A DNA stretch of 64,000 bases from Eledone cirrhosa (taxonomy: Eukaryota): the NCBI GenBank assembly GCA_964016885.1, contig OZ024741.1, positions 159,588,001-159,652,000 on the forward strand, in the 5' to 3' direction. This document shows, piece after piece, positions 1-16,504 of the stretch. Both the position numbers and the translations under genes were made by a program. The notes below the pieces were generated by a model. It had not been told where the DNA came from, did not search any database, and worked only from the letters and a program-made list of their open reading frames with translations. Within the stretch, counting starts at the first letter, position 1; the number at the start of each line of letters is the position of its first letter.

Positions 1-280
1 TGAAAAATAGGTGTTTGCCCTATACCTGCGCACTGTCCCCAGCTTTGCAAATTGCCTTCCCCATTATATTTATTGTCACTTATCCTTCTAATACCAAGAA
101 TAAGTCTGAACAAATTTTTAATTTAAGAGAAAATAATATAAGAGATAAAAAGTTGGGCGAAATCTTCAAAGTTTCACGGTTGATGAGGGTCGCCTTGCAG
201 TTGTCCGTTTTGCATAGATTGGTCTTTTGTAAATTGGAACAAGATGGGTGGGTAGGAACTAAACCTTTAGCAAGTTGAAA

Positions 281-469
281 AATAATTGTTTCTACTTTAG
301 GCACAAGGCCAACAATTACCCAGTGCATTACTGGTACTTTATTTTATCGACCCCTTAAGGATGAAAGGCAAAGTCAACCTCGGCGGGATTTGAACTCAGA
401 TCGTAAAGGGACGTAACTATGCTGGAAAGCATGGTGTCCGACCCTCTACCGATAGTGCCAATCCACCGC
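281..469 (-). mobile_element. tRNA-derived SINE (main family), full length, with 17-bp target-site duplication
   Basis: Minus strand has A box TGGCACTATCGG, B box GAGTTCAAATCCC, the GCCTTTCATCCTT..GGGTCGATAAAATAAAGTACCAG body and an ATT tail. GCAAGTTGAAAAATAAT is repeated at 270-286 and 468-484. Confidence 0.92.
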
Positions 470-690
470 AAGTTGAAAAATAATGGCCACCCGTTATTTT
501 TATTTTTATTATTATTTTTTTTCCACTAACTCCTCTTCACTCCTTCTCGAAGTTCACACTCCTCCTCCTTCCCACCACTCTCCTGATGAAGGGCTTCTGC
601 CCAAAACGTCGCTCTCTCAATAAGCGTGAAACTAATACCTTTCGTAACTTGTACTCCTGTGTTTTTGTTTTTTACTTTCTCATATATATA

Positions 691-3107
<2,417 letters not shown>

Positions 3108-3194
3108 TAAGATATATATATATATATATATACAGAAAGAGGTAGGTTAAAGAGGTAAGAATAATTACTGGTAGATGGAAGGTAGAAATGGAAT

Positions 3195-3420
3195 AGTATG
3201 CCACCTTTTTTAGCCTCCCTTCTCCCTCAATTATGCCACCTTTTCTAGCTTCTCTCTTTCCGTCTGTAGTTATGCTATCCTTTGTAGCCTCCCACCACCC
3301 GTAGTTATGTCACCTTTCCTGACCTCCCACCACCCGTAGTTATGCCACCCTTCCTGACCTCCCTCCGCCCGGACTTATGCCACCTTTTGTAGCCTCCCTC
3401 CGCCCGTAGTGAATCCACCG
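3195..3420. repeat. About 37-bp minisatellite
   Basis: About 6 diverged copies of GTTATGCCACCTTTTGTAGCCTCCCACCACCCGTA. Confidence 0.85.
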
Positions 3421-3532
3421 CCCTCAACATACATCATATTCTATATACTCAGAAATATATGTAGAAATCTTATCAGTTTTATAGTACACAAGTCTGGCAT
3501 GCCTATGTAAAACTCATAGGGTAGACCAACTA

Positions 3533-3561
3533 CCTCTCTCTATATATATCATAACCCTCCT

Positions 3562-3619
<58 letters not shown>

Positions 3620-3755
3620 CCCCCCTCTCTCTCTATATATATATATAATAACACCTCTCTCTATTATGACCTCTCCCTTTCTATATATTATGAGCCTACT
3701 CTCTATATATATTATATATATTATAACCCCCCTCTCTATATATATCATAACCCTC

Positions 3756-3835
<80 letters not shown>

Positions 3836-4415
3836 AACCCCCCCCCCCTCTCTCTCTATATATATATAATAACACCTCTCTCTATTATGACCTCTCCCTT
3901 TCTATATATTATGAGCCTACTCTCTATATATATTATATATATTATAACCCCCTCTCTATATATATTATATATATTATAACCCCCCTCTCTCTCTCTCTAT
4001 ATATATAATAACACCTCTCTCTATTATGACCTCTCCCTTTCTATATATTATGAGCCTACTCTCTATATATATTATAACCTCCCTCTCTCTATATATTATA
4101 GCCCCTCTCTATATATATTATAGCCCCTCTATTATAGCCCCTCTCTATATATATTATAGCTCCTCTATTATAGCCCCTCTCTATATATATTATAGCCCCT
4201 CTCTATATATATTATAGCCCCTCTCTCTATATATATTATAACCCCCTTTCTCTATTTATTATAACCCCTATCTCTATATATTATGACCCCTCTCTCTATA
4301 TATATATTATAACCCCCTTTCTCTATTTATTATAACCCCTATCTCTATATATTATGACCCCTCTCTCTCTATATATATTATAACCCCCGTCTCTCTCTAT
4401 ATATAATAACCTTTC
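3533..4415. repeat. Compound TA/CT minisatellite with higher-order duplications
   Basis: Recurring TATTATAACCCCCTCTCTATATA units. The block starting AATAACACCTCTCTCTATTATGACC occurs three times. Confidence 0.9.
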
Positions 4416-4555
4416 TCTCTCCTTTCCAAATCTTGCAACGCTGGTTGATTTTTTTTTCTCGCCGTAGATTTTCGTACCTCCCTTTTCTTCATTCATCTCA
4501 CAAGTGGACTGACACACGGATGGACACGACGGTCTTAAAACTTATTTTAATCACT

Positions 4556-4870
4556 AATGACGAAGCGTTTTACACCTAGAAGGTTCTGCTTTAAAGCACA
4601 AAGCTGGGCAAGGTTTTTTTTGTTGAAGACCAGCAGTCGTCCATGCATACCAGTTTCCTATCTCCACGTCAACAATGTAGTACAAGGGAAAGACAAAGGC
4701 CGATGCAGATTGGCACCAGTGACGACGCAACATTTTTCCAGCAGAGTGAACTAAAATGAAATAAAGTGTTTTGCTCACGGACACGACGTACCACCAAGCC
4801 CATGAATCGCACTCACAACCTTATGATTGTGAATCCAATGATCTAACCACTAAGCCACAAGCCTTCACGT
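4556..4870 (-). mobile_element. Second tRNA-derived SINE family (CORE-like central domain)
   Basis: Minus strand has A box TGGCTTAGTGG, a degenerate B box, then GTGTCCGTGAGCAAAACACTTTATTTCA..CACTCTGCTGGAAAAATG, resembling the CORE domain. The 15-nt head is duplicated in inverted orientation at 4871-4885. Confidence 0.7.
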
Positions 4871-4979
4871 GTGGCTTAGTGGTTATATATATATATATAT
4901 ACACTGGTCGCTTGAGTTTGCTATTTGTTATGATCAGTTCCTTTCCACAACATATTCCTTTTTGCAGTATCTTTGAATC

Positions 4980-5680
4980 TCAGTCCAGGTCATCCTTAGT
5001 TTCTTTCCCCCGTGCGTAGTTGGGAGTAAAGGGGTTGTCTAGAGAGCCTATGTACATGACGAACAATCGTAAATTTCTATCAATGAGCACTTCCATCATA
5101 GGAGGAAGACCAGCATGCTGGAGGATCTCTTCATTCCTGATTTTATCAAACCGAGTAATATTTATGATTTGCTGCAGCCGTCTCATCATATATGCATGTA
5201 ACTTGCCTACATGAGCTTTATAGACTGTCCAGGTTTCAGCTCCATACAGTAGGGAAGAAAGCACTATAGCCTGGTATAACTTACAATTGACCCATATTGA
5301 AACAATTCTATTTTTCCACAGCCTCTCCTGTAGCCTGCTAAATGTAGCGGTAGCTCTGCTAATTCTGTATATGATTTCCCGGCCCAGTTGTGCATTATCT
5401 GAGATGGTGGAACTAGGTATTTGAATGCTTTGCACTGGACTAATTTTTCATGTTTAATAGTGATGTGTTCTTCTGTTACAGAGTCAAGTAGGTTCTTTAC
5501 AGGTTGGTAAAGGCATTCTGTTTTTCTGATGTTAATCTTTAAGCTGAACCGTGATATAGCTCTAGCAAAGTTATCTACCAGTTTCTTCAACACTGTGGGC
5601 AACCAGCGCACTATCATCAGCGAAAAACATCTCTTACACTAGGATCTTGGTTGTGCGCGTTTTTGCTTTAATAAGCAGCA
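4980..5680 (-). pseudogene. RTE-clade LINE reverse transcriptase C-terminal remnant
   Basis: Motifs FADDSALVAH, LKINIRKTECLYQP and LSSLLYGAETWTVY across frameshifts. Confidence 0.88.
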
Positions 5681-6242
5681 TCATGTCGTGCCTAGATGTA
5701 AATCCCGCCTCTAACTCCTTCGAAGGCAACTTCCAACATTGCTGCAACATATTCCATTCGGCGATATTCAGTGTTGTCCCCAACGTAGACCTTGTTTACT
5801 TGGGCAACAGTCGAGCTGGTATGGGAATCTTTTGCCTTTGCCATTTTCCATAGAACTGCTTGCAAATTCATGAAGTGAGACTAGCTTTTGGAATTGGCTA
5901 GTATCATTCTCTCGGAACAACACTAATGCTGTCCAGCGGGCAATGACAGTCCCAAAGCGTAGTGGAATCAGTCCCATATTGTAGCAGCTGGCCGGATGAT
6001 AGGTGTGTTCAGTGGCGGACTGGGTCTAAAAATATTGGTTGCTAGGAGATAAAGGGGGCCCACCTACATATAGAATGCTATCATTTAATTGTTATAATGA
6101 ATAAATAACATTTTTGAAAAATACATAAGTGGAAACAAAACAGTGCAATCAAATTTTTGCGGAAAAATGTCTTACCTTCTCCAATAAAAAATATTATGTA
6201 TTTTGCGAAATCCAGAGACTTTCAATAATGACCAGAAGTCGC

Positions 6243-6650
6243 CCCTAAATATTACTAATAGCTCTAGGAACGCCATGAACGACAGCACATTATTTTAACT
6301 TTGATTTTGAAAGTAGGTTTATAATTATTAATTTTCATTATACATTTGTAGGGGTCTCGGTGGCCTAGCTGGAGAAATCATAGACGGTGGTGACCCTGGT
6401 CTGCTGTTAAATCCTAGGGTTCCCTGTAAACCTTTTCAGTTTTTTTTCTATGGGTTATAAAATAAAAAGGGCACATGTACCTCTTGACCAGGATTGGACC
6501 CAAGGCCAGGCGCTCCAGCGTCTCTAGTACCTACCGCTAGGCCACAGAGACAACTGTGCAAGTCTTATGAAAATTCATACTTATAAACCTACTTTCAAAA
6601 TTTTCAAAACAAAGTGTTGTAGAGTCGTTCATGTCTTTCTTAATGTTATT
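6243..6650. mobile_element. Foldback element with two convergent tRNA-like units, copy 1
   Basis: Arms about 6274-6369 and 6536-6633. tRNA-like heads GTCTCGGTGGCCTAGCTGG (+, 6354) and GTCTCTGTGGCCTAGCGGT (-, 6551), with T-runs between them. Confidence 0.72.
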
Positions 6651-6863
6651 GCTTCTACTTAAAGTCGACTTCTAAATCATTTGGGTGTTCCATAAACTAC
6701 ATCCTCGGTTTGTTTCACATCTATCTAGACTATATTTTAACCTGTAATCTGTTTCATTTCTGTCGCACCTCATTTCTCCCCGCTCTCTCTTTCTACGATT
6801 TGGGCTTACTTTATTCACATATATATGTTTTTGCATGTCAGATTCAAGTTTACAATGATTGGT

Positions 6864-6909
<46 letters not shown>

Positions 6910-7006
6910 CTGTTTGCTAAAATAATCAAATTAAATTAATTCAACAGTTAAACACTCATAAGAATAATAAGGTTGTTACCAGAGGGCCAAAAGATTGACA
7001 AGTTGA

Positions 7007-7392
7007 CCCTAAATATTACTAATAGCTCTAGGAAAGCCATGAACGACAGCACATCTTTTTAATTTGGAAGTAGGTTTATAATTATCAATTTTCATTATAC
7101 TTTTGTAGCTGTCTCGGTGGCCTAGTTGGGGGAATCATAGACGGTGGTGACCCAGGACTGAAGTTCGAACCTGGTAGGGCTCCCGATAAACCTTTTCATT
7201 TTTTTCTATTGGTTGTAAAATAAAAACTGAAAAAGGTTACGTGTACCTCTTTACCAGGATTGAAACCAACGACAGGATCTCCACCGTCTATAGTAACTAC
7301 CGCTAGGCCACAGAGACAACTACGAACATCTCATGAAAATTCATACTTATAAACCTATTTTCAAAACAAAGTGTTTTGGTCAGTAGTTCGTG
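7007..7392. mobile_element. Foldback element with two convergent tRNA-like units, copy 2
   Basis: Direct repeat of 6243-6650 with a clear B box GTTCGAACC at about 7163 followed by a T-run. Confidence 0.72.
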
Positions 7393-7472
7393 TGTAAGTA
7401 TACAAATATATATATTTATATATATATTTATATATAAAGAAGAAATTAAAAGATGATTAAAAAAGTTCAATA

Positions 7473-7542
7473 TATTTTATTATGCACATTTCGAAAACAA
7501 CATCATCCTGGGACAAAAATTGTGTTCTCATCAGATAAAATA
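7473..7542 (-). ncRNA. Type I hammerhead motif in the PLE pLTR
   Basis: tattttat CTGATGA gaac...gttttc GAAA tgtgca TA ataaaata, with an 8-bp helix I. Confidence 0.8.
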
Positions 7543-7880
7543 AGATAACATGATATGAGGCCTAAAAACACTTGTGAACAAGAACGTGTCCAGTCTACAT
7601 ATGACAAAAATATAAGAGAAGAGAAAAAAATAGGAAAAAATGAAGAAAAGGAAAGAAGAAGGAAAAAGGAAAAAGAAATAGAAGAGAGGAAAACAGAAAG
7701 AAAGAAGGAGGAGAGAGAAAGAGAATGAGAGAGAGAGACTTTTGATCTGGGAATGCTGTCAAAAATGAAAACAGCTGTAAATAACGGCTAAAAAAAAAAA
7801 TAAATAAATTGATGAGGTGTAAGTGCGAATATTACAAATATTAGATGCCTAGAATATAGAAACTGGGTATATTATTTTAT

Positions 7881-8060
7881 TTGGCAGTATCGGTAGAGGG
7901 TCGGACGCCATGCTTTCCAGCATAGTTACGTCCCTTTATGATCTGAGTTCAAATCCCGCCGAGGTTGACTTTGCCTTTCATCCTTACGGGGTCGATAAAA
8001 TAAAGTACCAGTAATGCACTGGATAATTGCTGGCCTTGTGCCTAAAGTAGAAACAATTAT
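7881..8060 (+). mobile_element. Main-family SINE nested in the PLE 3' UTR
   Basis: A and B boxes plus family body. ATTATTTTAT is duplicated at 7871-7880 and 8056-8065. Confidence 0.9.
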
Positions 8061-9939
8061 TTTATATTGAGTTTGAATACTAAAACTTGGATTAAGAAGT
8101 GTCAAAATGTATTAATAAAATTAAATAAAATTAAATTAAAAATAATTATAATAATTATAAAAAAAAGGTTTGTAAAATAAAATAAAATAAAATAAAATAA
8201 GATAGAATAGAATAAAAAAATAAAAATAAGAATAGTCTATCTATATGAAAATAAAAAATTACTATTGAAAATCTATATATGTGGGGTATATTATTTAATT
8301 ATTATTTTATATCAACAATTAAATAAAGGAAATTGCTAGAAAGGTTTATAAACGTAGAAAGACATATGACGTCATAGTTTGTATACAAAATCTACGAAGG
8401 TTTGAACAAAAATTTAAGGCAATAGAGGAAAAAAGGTGAAAGGCTTAAAAATGCAGAGAAAAGAGAATTAATGCATTGTAGGATATAATGAAATATGTGA
8501 GAAAAAATGTGTGAAAAGATATATGTGTAAAAAAATTAACCGTTATTTGTGGGATATGTTATAGGACATTAGCTGTATACTTTGTGAAAGATCTTAAAAT
8601 ATTTATGATTACAAAGTCCAAATAAGTCTGTACGTATATTTATTAAAGAGTTGAAATTCGAGATAATGGTAAATTTTTCAGCATGACATAAATTATAAAC
8701 CATAGATATGGAAGCAATGGAGTAAGGAAGAGCGTTGCAAATTTTACGCCAAGAAATTTCGTAATTAATGTTTTTGTCTTTTAAGGAAACAAATGGGTTC
8801 TGAGAGTGCGGTGCTGGTCCTTTTAAGTGGATATTTAAATGTAGAAGAATGGTTATAGTCTTGCTTTAAAAGAAGTAGAAGTAGAGCCAATGTTGGTATA
8901 GGTATTGGTAGTAGTTACCACTTTACATTCGTATACTAGGTTTTTATCGAGACAGAAATTACTAAGAGGACAATTAGTTCTAATAGGGCAGTTGCATTTA
9001 CGATTAAGATTATTAACAGAGTTATTTGCAAGTGGCCCAGGATTATTTGTATTAGGAACTGGAGTGGTGGAATTAGCTAAAGGAGGTGCTAAGGTTTCCT
9101 GATTTACATTACTATTTGAAGCATTCCTCAAAGTTAGGTTTGACGTCGTATTTGTATTTATGTTATTTTGCCTAGAGTTTACATTGACGTCGGGCCTTAC
9201 AGTGTTATTATTATGACTCTCATGGTTGAATGCATATGAGTTATGGTTTAATATTTTAGAATTATGTCTTGAGATAATTTTAGAAATGTTGGAAGTAGTG
9301 GAATATGAGAATTTAATGGTATGCTTATTAAAAATCTTGCTATATATATGTGAAGGGGGGAAGCTGTTATCTAAAGCCCTAAAAAATAATTTAGGGATAT
9401 TACTAATAAGTGAAAGAGAGAAGGGAGCGTTGTACCAAAGGATATTTTTATATCTAGGTCTCCTCCTTATGTTACTGGTATGATTATTACTAGCTACATT
9501 ACTATAAGTTCTGCCAAGATTAGTTTCCTTAGTGTATCTAATTTTGTCTGGATATCCAGCCCTAGATAACGCATTATGATAATAGTTGGCATTAGCATCG
9601 AAGATATGTTTATTAGAGGATAAATTAGAAATTCTTTTTTCAACACTTCTGAGTATAGCAGTTTTAACATTATTAGGGTAGTTTGATTTAAAGTTGACAT
9701 AATTTAGGTTCTCATTATCCTTATGGTATGGGTAATATAGGCCGGTATCTAGATTAAGGGATATATCAAGGGATATATATATATTGTTTTCTAAATGCGC
9801 ATAATAAAATATATGGAACTTTTTTAACCATCTTTTAATTTCTTCTTTATATATACTCCAGTTCTACCAACTGTTGAGTGCTACTTATCTGATATATGCA
9901 TAGTTTTATTGTTCTACAATATTACTCACCTCCTACATA

Positions 9940-10011
<72 letters not shown>

Positions 10012-10396
10012 TGTGTGTCTGTGTCTATATATATATATGCTTTCATGCATGAATGAATACACTAAGCGTTAGATTTAGTAGAATGTACAACCACTGATTC
10101 CAATTACTTGCACTATCATATATTTTGGTTTCTAGTAATTCCCTGGGGGAATTGGTTGAGCAAATACTTTGCTTAATTGTTTTATTTATTTAAAAAAAAA
10201 ATCTATTCTTTCTCTTAGATTTCAGGTATTTTTTGAAAGCAAAGCATTGGGCCCTAAAATACTACAGTGGGCCCTGCAATGCTACTGTGGGCTCTTGCAA
10301 TGCTACCGTGAGCTCCCTGGGGCCCACTTGCCTTTGGGCAACCTGGCCAGTCCGCCACTGGGTGTGTTTATCTCTCTCTATATATAAATATATATA

Positions 10397-10581
10397 CAGT
10401 GTAGGTAGTACGGTGAAATAATGGTGTGGGTACCAAATCAAGCACTCTATGCACAGGCAGAATGTATATAATAGAAAAACGAGGGTCACCTTGAGCCAAT
10501 CCTCTGCGAAACGCGCGTAACAGGTTGGTACACAATGAATATTTTTTTATATGTAAACAAAACTTCCCCGTTTTTCTATTA
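10397..10581. mobile_element. Short PLE-type insert with 3' half of an HHR and inverted tail
   Basis: GAAA-CGCGCG-TA at 10508-10519. 12-bp inverted repeat 10470-10481 / 10569-10580. Bulged hairpin on minus at 10444-10463. Confidence 0.62.
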
Positions 10582-10590
10582 AATAAATAA

Positions 10591-10645
<55 letters not shown>

Positions 10646-10648
<3 letters not shown>

Positions 10649-10790
10649 CGAAGGAAATGTGGTAAGGAACCAAGTGGACCATAACGCACCAAAGTACTCA
10701 ATACTTAGGGTAGTAGAGTGGGTAATAGGAACGAGTAGGACCCCGACGAAACGGCTTGAGCTCAGCCGTCGGGGTCCTACTCGTTCCTAT
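10646..10790. mobile_element. Family X foldback insert, short copy
   Basis: Same sequence as 32053-32270, 62421-63755 and 63813-63938. Embedded in (TA)n. Confidence 0.85.
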
Positions 10791-10801
10791 ATATATATAT
10801 G

Positions 10802-10951
<150 letters not shown>

Positions 10952-11384
10952 GCACAGAGAGGTTATATGCTTCATAAAAAATGTAAATGTAGGAAATTCA
11001 GACGCAGAAAATAACCGTTAATACAAATAGGAACTAGAAAATATATCGGAAAGTCGGGTAAAGTTCTCTTATTGACGTTGGTCACGTTTTTCTGGTGCTG
11101 GATTGGCATTGACAAAATGCCACTACGGTTTTTGTTCTGGTTCTTTACATTCTGAATTCATCATTCCGGGGTTGATAAAATAAACTACCAATCAAGTACA
11201 GGGCTTGTTTAATCAACTTTGCTCTTTCCCCAAATTTGCTGATATTAGAAATTAATATTAATCCAGCTTCTGTCATACATTACAGATGAACTTGGCAGGA
11301 ACCTCCCATTTGGGTTCGTACCTACTCGGGATCGAATATATGATAAAAAACAAAGACATTCTCGATTATGAGCTACAAAATATA

Positions 11385-11812
11385 TTGGCAGTATCGATAG
11401 AGAGTCGGACACCATACTTTGCAGCACAGAGTTACGGCCCTTTATGATCTGAGTTCAAATCCCGCCGAGGTTAACTTTGTCTTTCATCCTTACGGGGTCG
11501 ATAAAATAAAGTACCAGTTACGCACTGGGATCGATTTAATTGATTTCTCCTCCCCCAAAATTGCTGGGCTTGTGCCTATATAAGAAACCATTATTTACAA
11601 TAATAAGGGCGGTAGATCGGCAGTATCAGTAAAACGCCGGACAACACGCTTCGCGGCATAGAGTTACGAGTACAAATCCCGCCGAGGTCAGCTTTGCCTT
11701 TCATCCTTACGAGGTCGATAAAATAAAGTACCAGTAATGCACTGGGATCGATTTAATCGACTTTCTCCTCCCCTTCAAATTGCTGACCTTGTGCCTACAG
11801 TAGAAACAATTA
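11385..11812 (+). mobile_element. Two tandem main-family SINEs (older degenerate copies at about 11095-11240 and 11945-12120)
   Basis: Repeated A box, B box and GCCTTTCATCCTTACGGGGTCGATAAAATAAAGTACCAG body. Confidence 0.88.
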
Positions 11813-12404
11813 TATTACCAACTACAGTAGGGTGGTGGTTTTGCAGAATTGGTAGCATCTTGGAAAAAATACTTTGTGGTATTCCTCCTTGAAATTGCTG
11901 GACTTGTGGCTAAAGGAGAAACAATTATTTACGACAATAGAAGTCAATGGATTAGAAGTATCGGTAGAACATCGGACAAAATGCTTTGCAGTATTTAGAT
12001 AGGACTTTCGACGTTCTGAGTTCAAATGCCAACGAGATGAACATTGCCTTTTAATACAAAATAAAGCACCGGTTAAGTACTGGGGCTGATACAATCGGCT
12101 TTCACCTTCCATAAAATTGCAATTTGTTTAAGATGATAGGGTATTTCCTTTGAAAGGGATTTAGCTGCTACTTCTGTATCATCATTCACTTCCATCGCCT
12201 TCCCCCCTTCTCATTTGCGTCGTGATAATCTTTCACCACCACCACCAGTGCCACCGCCACCATCACCGCTTCTATCACCATCATCACCATATTTGTCGTC
12301 GTCATCATCATCATCACCATCGTCTTTATCGTTGTCGTCATCAATGTTTCTTGTTGTTCTTACCAAAGATTTTGTTTGATTTGTCTGCGTCTGGGTGTGT
12401 TTTG

Positions 12405-12443
<39 letters not shown>

Positions 12444-12513
12444 GATATGCACACATAAACACATGTGTGTATATGTATATATATACATATACATATACAC
12501 ACATAATCACATG

Positions 12514-12545
<32 letters not shown>

Positions 12546-12911
12546 CGTGTGTGCGTGTGTGTGCGTCTGAATGTATATATGTGTGTATGTTTATTATATT
12601 TCAATATTTTCTACCTGCTAGCAACTTGTGATTTCCCTTGTCTATAATATCTCAAGTAATTCTTGATTTCCCATCAGTATTTCATATACATACACACAAC
12701 TATGGTTATGTCTAACCACCACCACCACCACTGCCACCACTGCCTCCGCCGCCACCACTGGTACCACCACCACCACCGGCACCACCGCCTCCGTCGCCAC
12801 CACTACCACCATCACCACCACTACTACATCAACACCACTAGAACCACTTTAACTCTGTTATCAACTATACCGCTTAAAATAACCGTCTTATCGTCGAGAC
12901 TTGCTTATACA

Positions 12912-13732
<821 letters not shown>

Positions 13733-14080
13733 GCGTATGTGTATTAATGTGCGTACAATGTCTATTTGACAAAACATGCTTTTCGGACAATTTAAATGAA
13801 ACAAAAGTTATTGCCAACCCCACCGCGCACATCATCATTTTGAATTGTTTTGTTTTAGATTTGGTATCAACGTACTGGAAGCTATTTAATAAAACAACAA
13901 CAAGAAGAAACAAAACAACAAGAACAACCACAACTTTGATAATAAAACATTCGAGAAAGCAATGCAAACAATACAAATTAGAAAATTGGAAAGTGTTATA
14001 TATTCTCTTCTCCCTAACTAAATATAAATATAACATAACATATAATATTGTTTATGTATTTATGGATATACGAATATCTC

Positions 14081-14188
<108 letters not shown>

Positions 14189-14259
14189 GGAATACTGTTG
14201 GCTTCTTGCTACAATAATTTCTATACTTTATATATTATATATATATATACTTATTATAT

Positions 14260-14292
<33 letters not shown>

Positions 14293-14325
14293 CTTATCTA
14301 TTATATATATATAGATATAGATATT

Positions 14326-14394
<69 letters not shown>

Positions 14395-14399
<5 letters not shown>

Positions 14400-14522
14400 G
14401 TTTCTACTATTGGCACAAGGCCAGAAATTACCCAGTACATTACTGGTACTTTATTTTATCGACCCCGTAAGGATGAAAGGCAAAGTCAACCTCGGCGGGA
14501 TTTGAACTCAGATCGTAAAGGG
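14395..14522 (-). mobile_element. 5'-truncated main-family SINE
   Basis: Family body and B box present, A box missing. Confidence 0.88.
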
Positions 14523-14566
14523 ATATATATATAAATACATGCACATGTGTCTATATTTACACAAAT

Positions 14567-15030
14567 ACTAGCTGAGGTACCCAGCTTCACCCGGGTAAAA
14601 AGATAATAAGGGAAGACTGATAGAAAAGAAAACAATTGTATTTGGATGTGTTGTTTGGTTTACTGTGCGAGAACATGGTGTGTGTGTGTGTGACAAAACA
14701 AAAATAATCGCCCAGATACACCAGATTCTTAGTTTTACGGTTCGTGCATAGTATATGAAGATTTCTAGGGGTCCCCACCCGTGAACAACCTACATATAAC
14801 TGTCCATGGGTAAAAACCGATTCTCTCATATTCAATCCTACATCTTTGAGACTCTGGCCCTGAGCTTTATTTATGGTTATAGCAAACCTGGCTCTAACAG
14901 GGAACTGAAGTCTTGAGAATTTGAACGGCAACTCGGTAGAGAAAGGGATGAGAGTAATCTTGGAAATAAATGTACTTTTCCTTGATGTTTGCCTCCAGGA
15001 ATAGTATCCTGTAGGAGATGGTTAAATTAT
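14567..15030 (-). pseudogene. Helitron 3' end with PIF1-like helicase C-terminal fragment
   Basis: RLQFPVRARFAITINKAQGQSL..VFTHGQLYVGCSRVG. Terminal hairpin at 14579-14596 and CTAGT at 14567-14571. Confidence 0.9.
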
Positions 15031-15146
15031 ACGCCTGGCTGTTAAGCGTTTGCCTTGCATAGACGTGGCTGGTCCGGGTTTCTCAAAAGGATGATGGGAG
15101 TTCCAATCTTTTGTGTCATATATAGTAATAAGTAATTATATTATGT

Positions 15147-15300
15147 CCAAGTATCTGCCGCTCTCGGACAGGTTTGTGGTAGGGCCTGTAACAATGGAAA
15201 TTTCCGGCGTTCTTGGGCCCCAGACAACATCACTACTCACTGCTATCGGAGTGGAGTTGGCCGCCTGCAATGCATTCTCCATCATGTCGGTCGGGACACA
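15147..15300 (+). pseudogene. CRE-like non-LTR element, restriction-like endonuclease C-terminal remnant
   Basis: KYLPLSDRFVVGPVTMEISGVLGP...NAFSIM resembles the KY..F.P.A.ET.G..GP and GNA motifs of CRE-clade elements. Recognised by eye. Confidence 0.55.
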
Positions 15301-15534
15301 GAGGCAGAGGGTAAGTTAGTTGGTAGTGGAGAATACTCGTTCGGACGTCACGTTCACACATGTATTGAGTGCCTTTTTGAATCCATTCATTTCACATAAT
15401 AAACTGTTTGTTTATTAAAACAAAAACAAAAACAAAAATAATAATACCTGGTGGTTTTGAAGGTTATATTCGTTCAAAACACGTAAAATCATAGGAAAAA
15501 CATAAATTTCATCTCCAAAGATGATTATATATAA

Positions 15535-15573
<39 letters not shown>

Positions 15574-15952
15574 AACCAGCGTTCGATTTCATGGAAACGT
15601 TGGCCGTGAAACACGATCATCGCAGATAACGCAGAGAGAATCTCTTATGGTTGTCTTCCAGCCTGCTAGAAATATCAGTTAGGTTTTTAGCATACCCTGG
15701 ATTTTTTCTTTTTCTTTGATGTTATAAAATTAGTATCAATAAACCTTCCTGGATATACCCTTATTCCATTGCTGTACTTATTTTTCGATTGTCAGTTTTT
15801 ATTTTTGTGTGATGCGCGAAGGAACCAACCAGTTAATAAACATCTCTTTTATATTATGTATAGATATTATGTATTTTTGTTTATATGTTGTAATGCTTTA
15901 TAAACCTTTTCATTGAGCAACTTTGAAATATGCAGCCGCTTTGTGAACCATG

Positions 15953-16037
<85 letters not shown>

Positions 16038-16038
<1 letters not shown>

Positions 16039-16278
16039 ATCTAAGGCGGGTAAAATTCCCGAGATCCATGGACGAGTTCTCTCCAGCGGTCTCTGTCCCT
16101 CATTATCGCTGCCATATCCTGCATCTCCAACAGACCAGTGTCTGTCCTTAGGGCATCAACATATGTTAACCTTGGTCTTCCTCTTCTAGTGTGTCCATGT
16201 AGGGGCTCCCAAGGGAGCACTGAGTGCAATGTCAACTCTGGATGTCGGTGAGCATGTCCAACCAACCTCAGTCTCGTT
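16038..16278 (-). pseudogene. 3' end of an RTE-type LINE
   Basis: RLRLVGHAHRH...RRGRPRLTYVDAL..DRDRWRELV then stop, similar in pattern to the C-terminus at 45780-46009. Confidence 0.8.
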
Positions 16279-16338
16279 AGTAATTAAATGTCCTTAAACA
16301 CTCCTTGATTGTTATTTATAACGTATATATATAAATAA

Positions 16339-16407
<69 letters not shown>

Positions 16408-16504
16408 CTCTCTTTTCCACTCTCTCTCTGTATAAACACACCCACCCTCACACACACGCACATATATATGTAATTCAAAATTAAGAAAGAAAAAAAAGCA
16501 AACA

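Larger units (their letters stand above)
7431..9940 (-). mobile_element. 5'-truncated Penelope-like element (Naiad-type) with inverted partial pLTR
   Basis: Minus-strand coding remnant about 8569-9770 (LDISLNLDTGLYYPYHK, CNCPIRTNCPLSNFC, LVYECKV..IGSTSTSFKARL) homologous to 39033-41188. 7431-7500 is the inverse of 9784-9853, followed by a tail to 9940. (TA)n on both sides. Confidence 0.9.
6010..10360. mobile_element. Non-autonomous hAT-type DNA transposon carrying nested insertions
   Basis: 14-bp TIRs CAGTGGCGGACTGG (6010-6023) and CCAGTCCGCCACTG (10347-10360). Perfect 8-bp TSD GGTGTGTT at 6002-6009 and 10361-10368. Confidence 0.88.

Noticed and set aside
578-615. HHR-like CTGATGAAGGGC-TTCT-GCCCAAAACGTC
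   Set aside because: G12 is mutated, there is an extra A after the core, and I found no helix I partner. At best a decayed motif.
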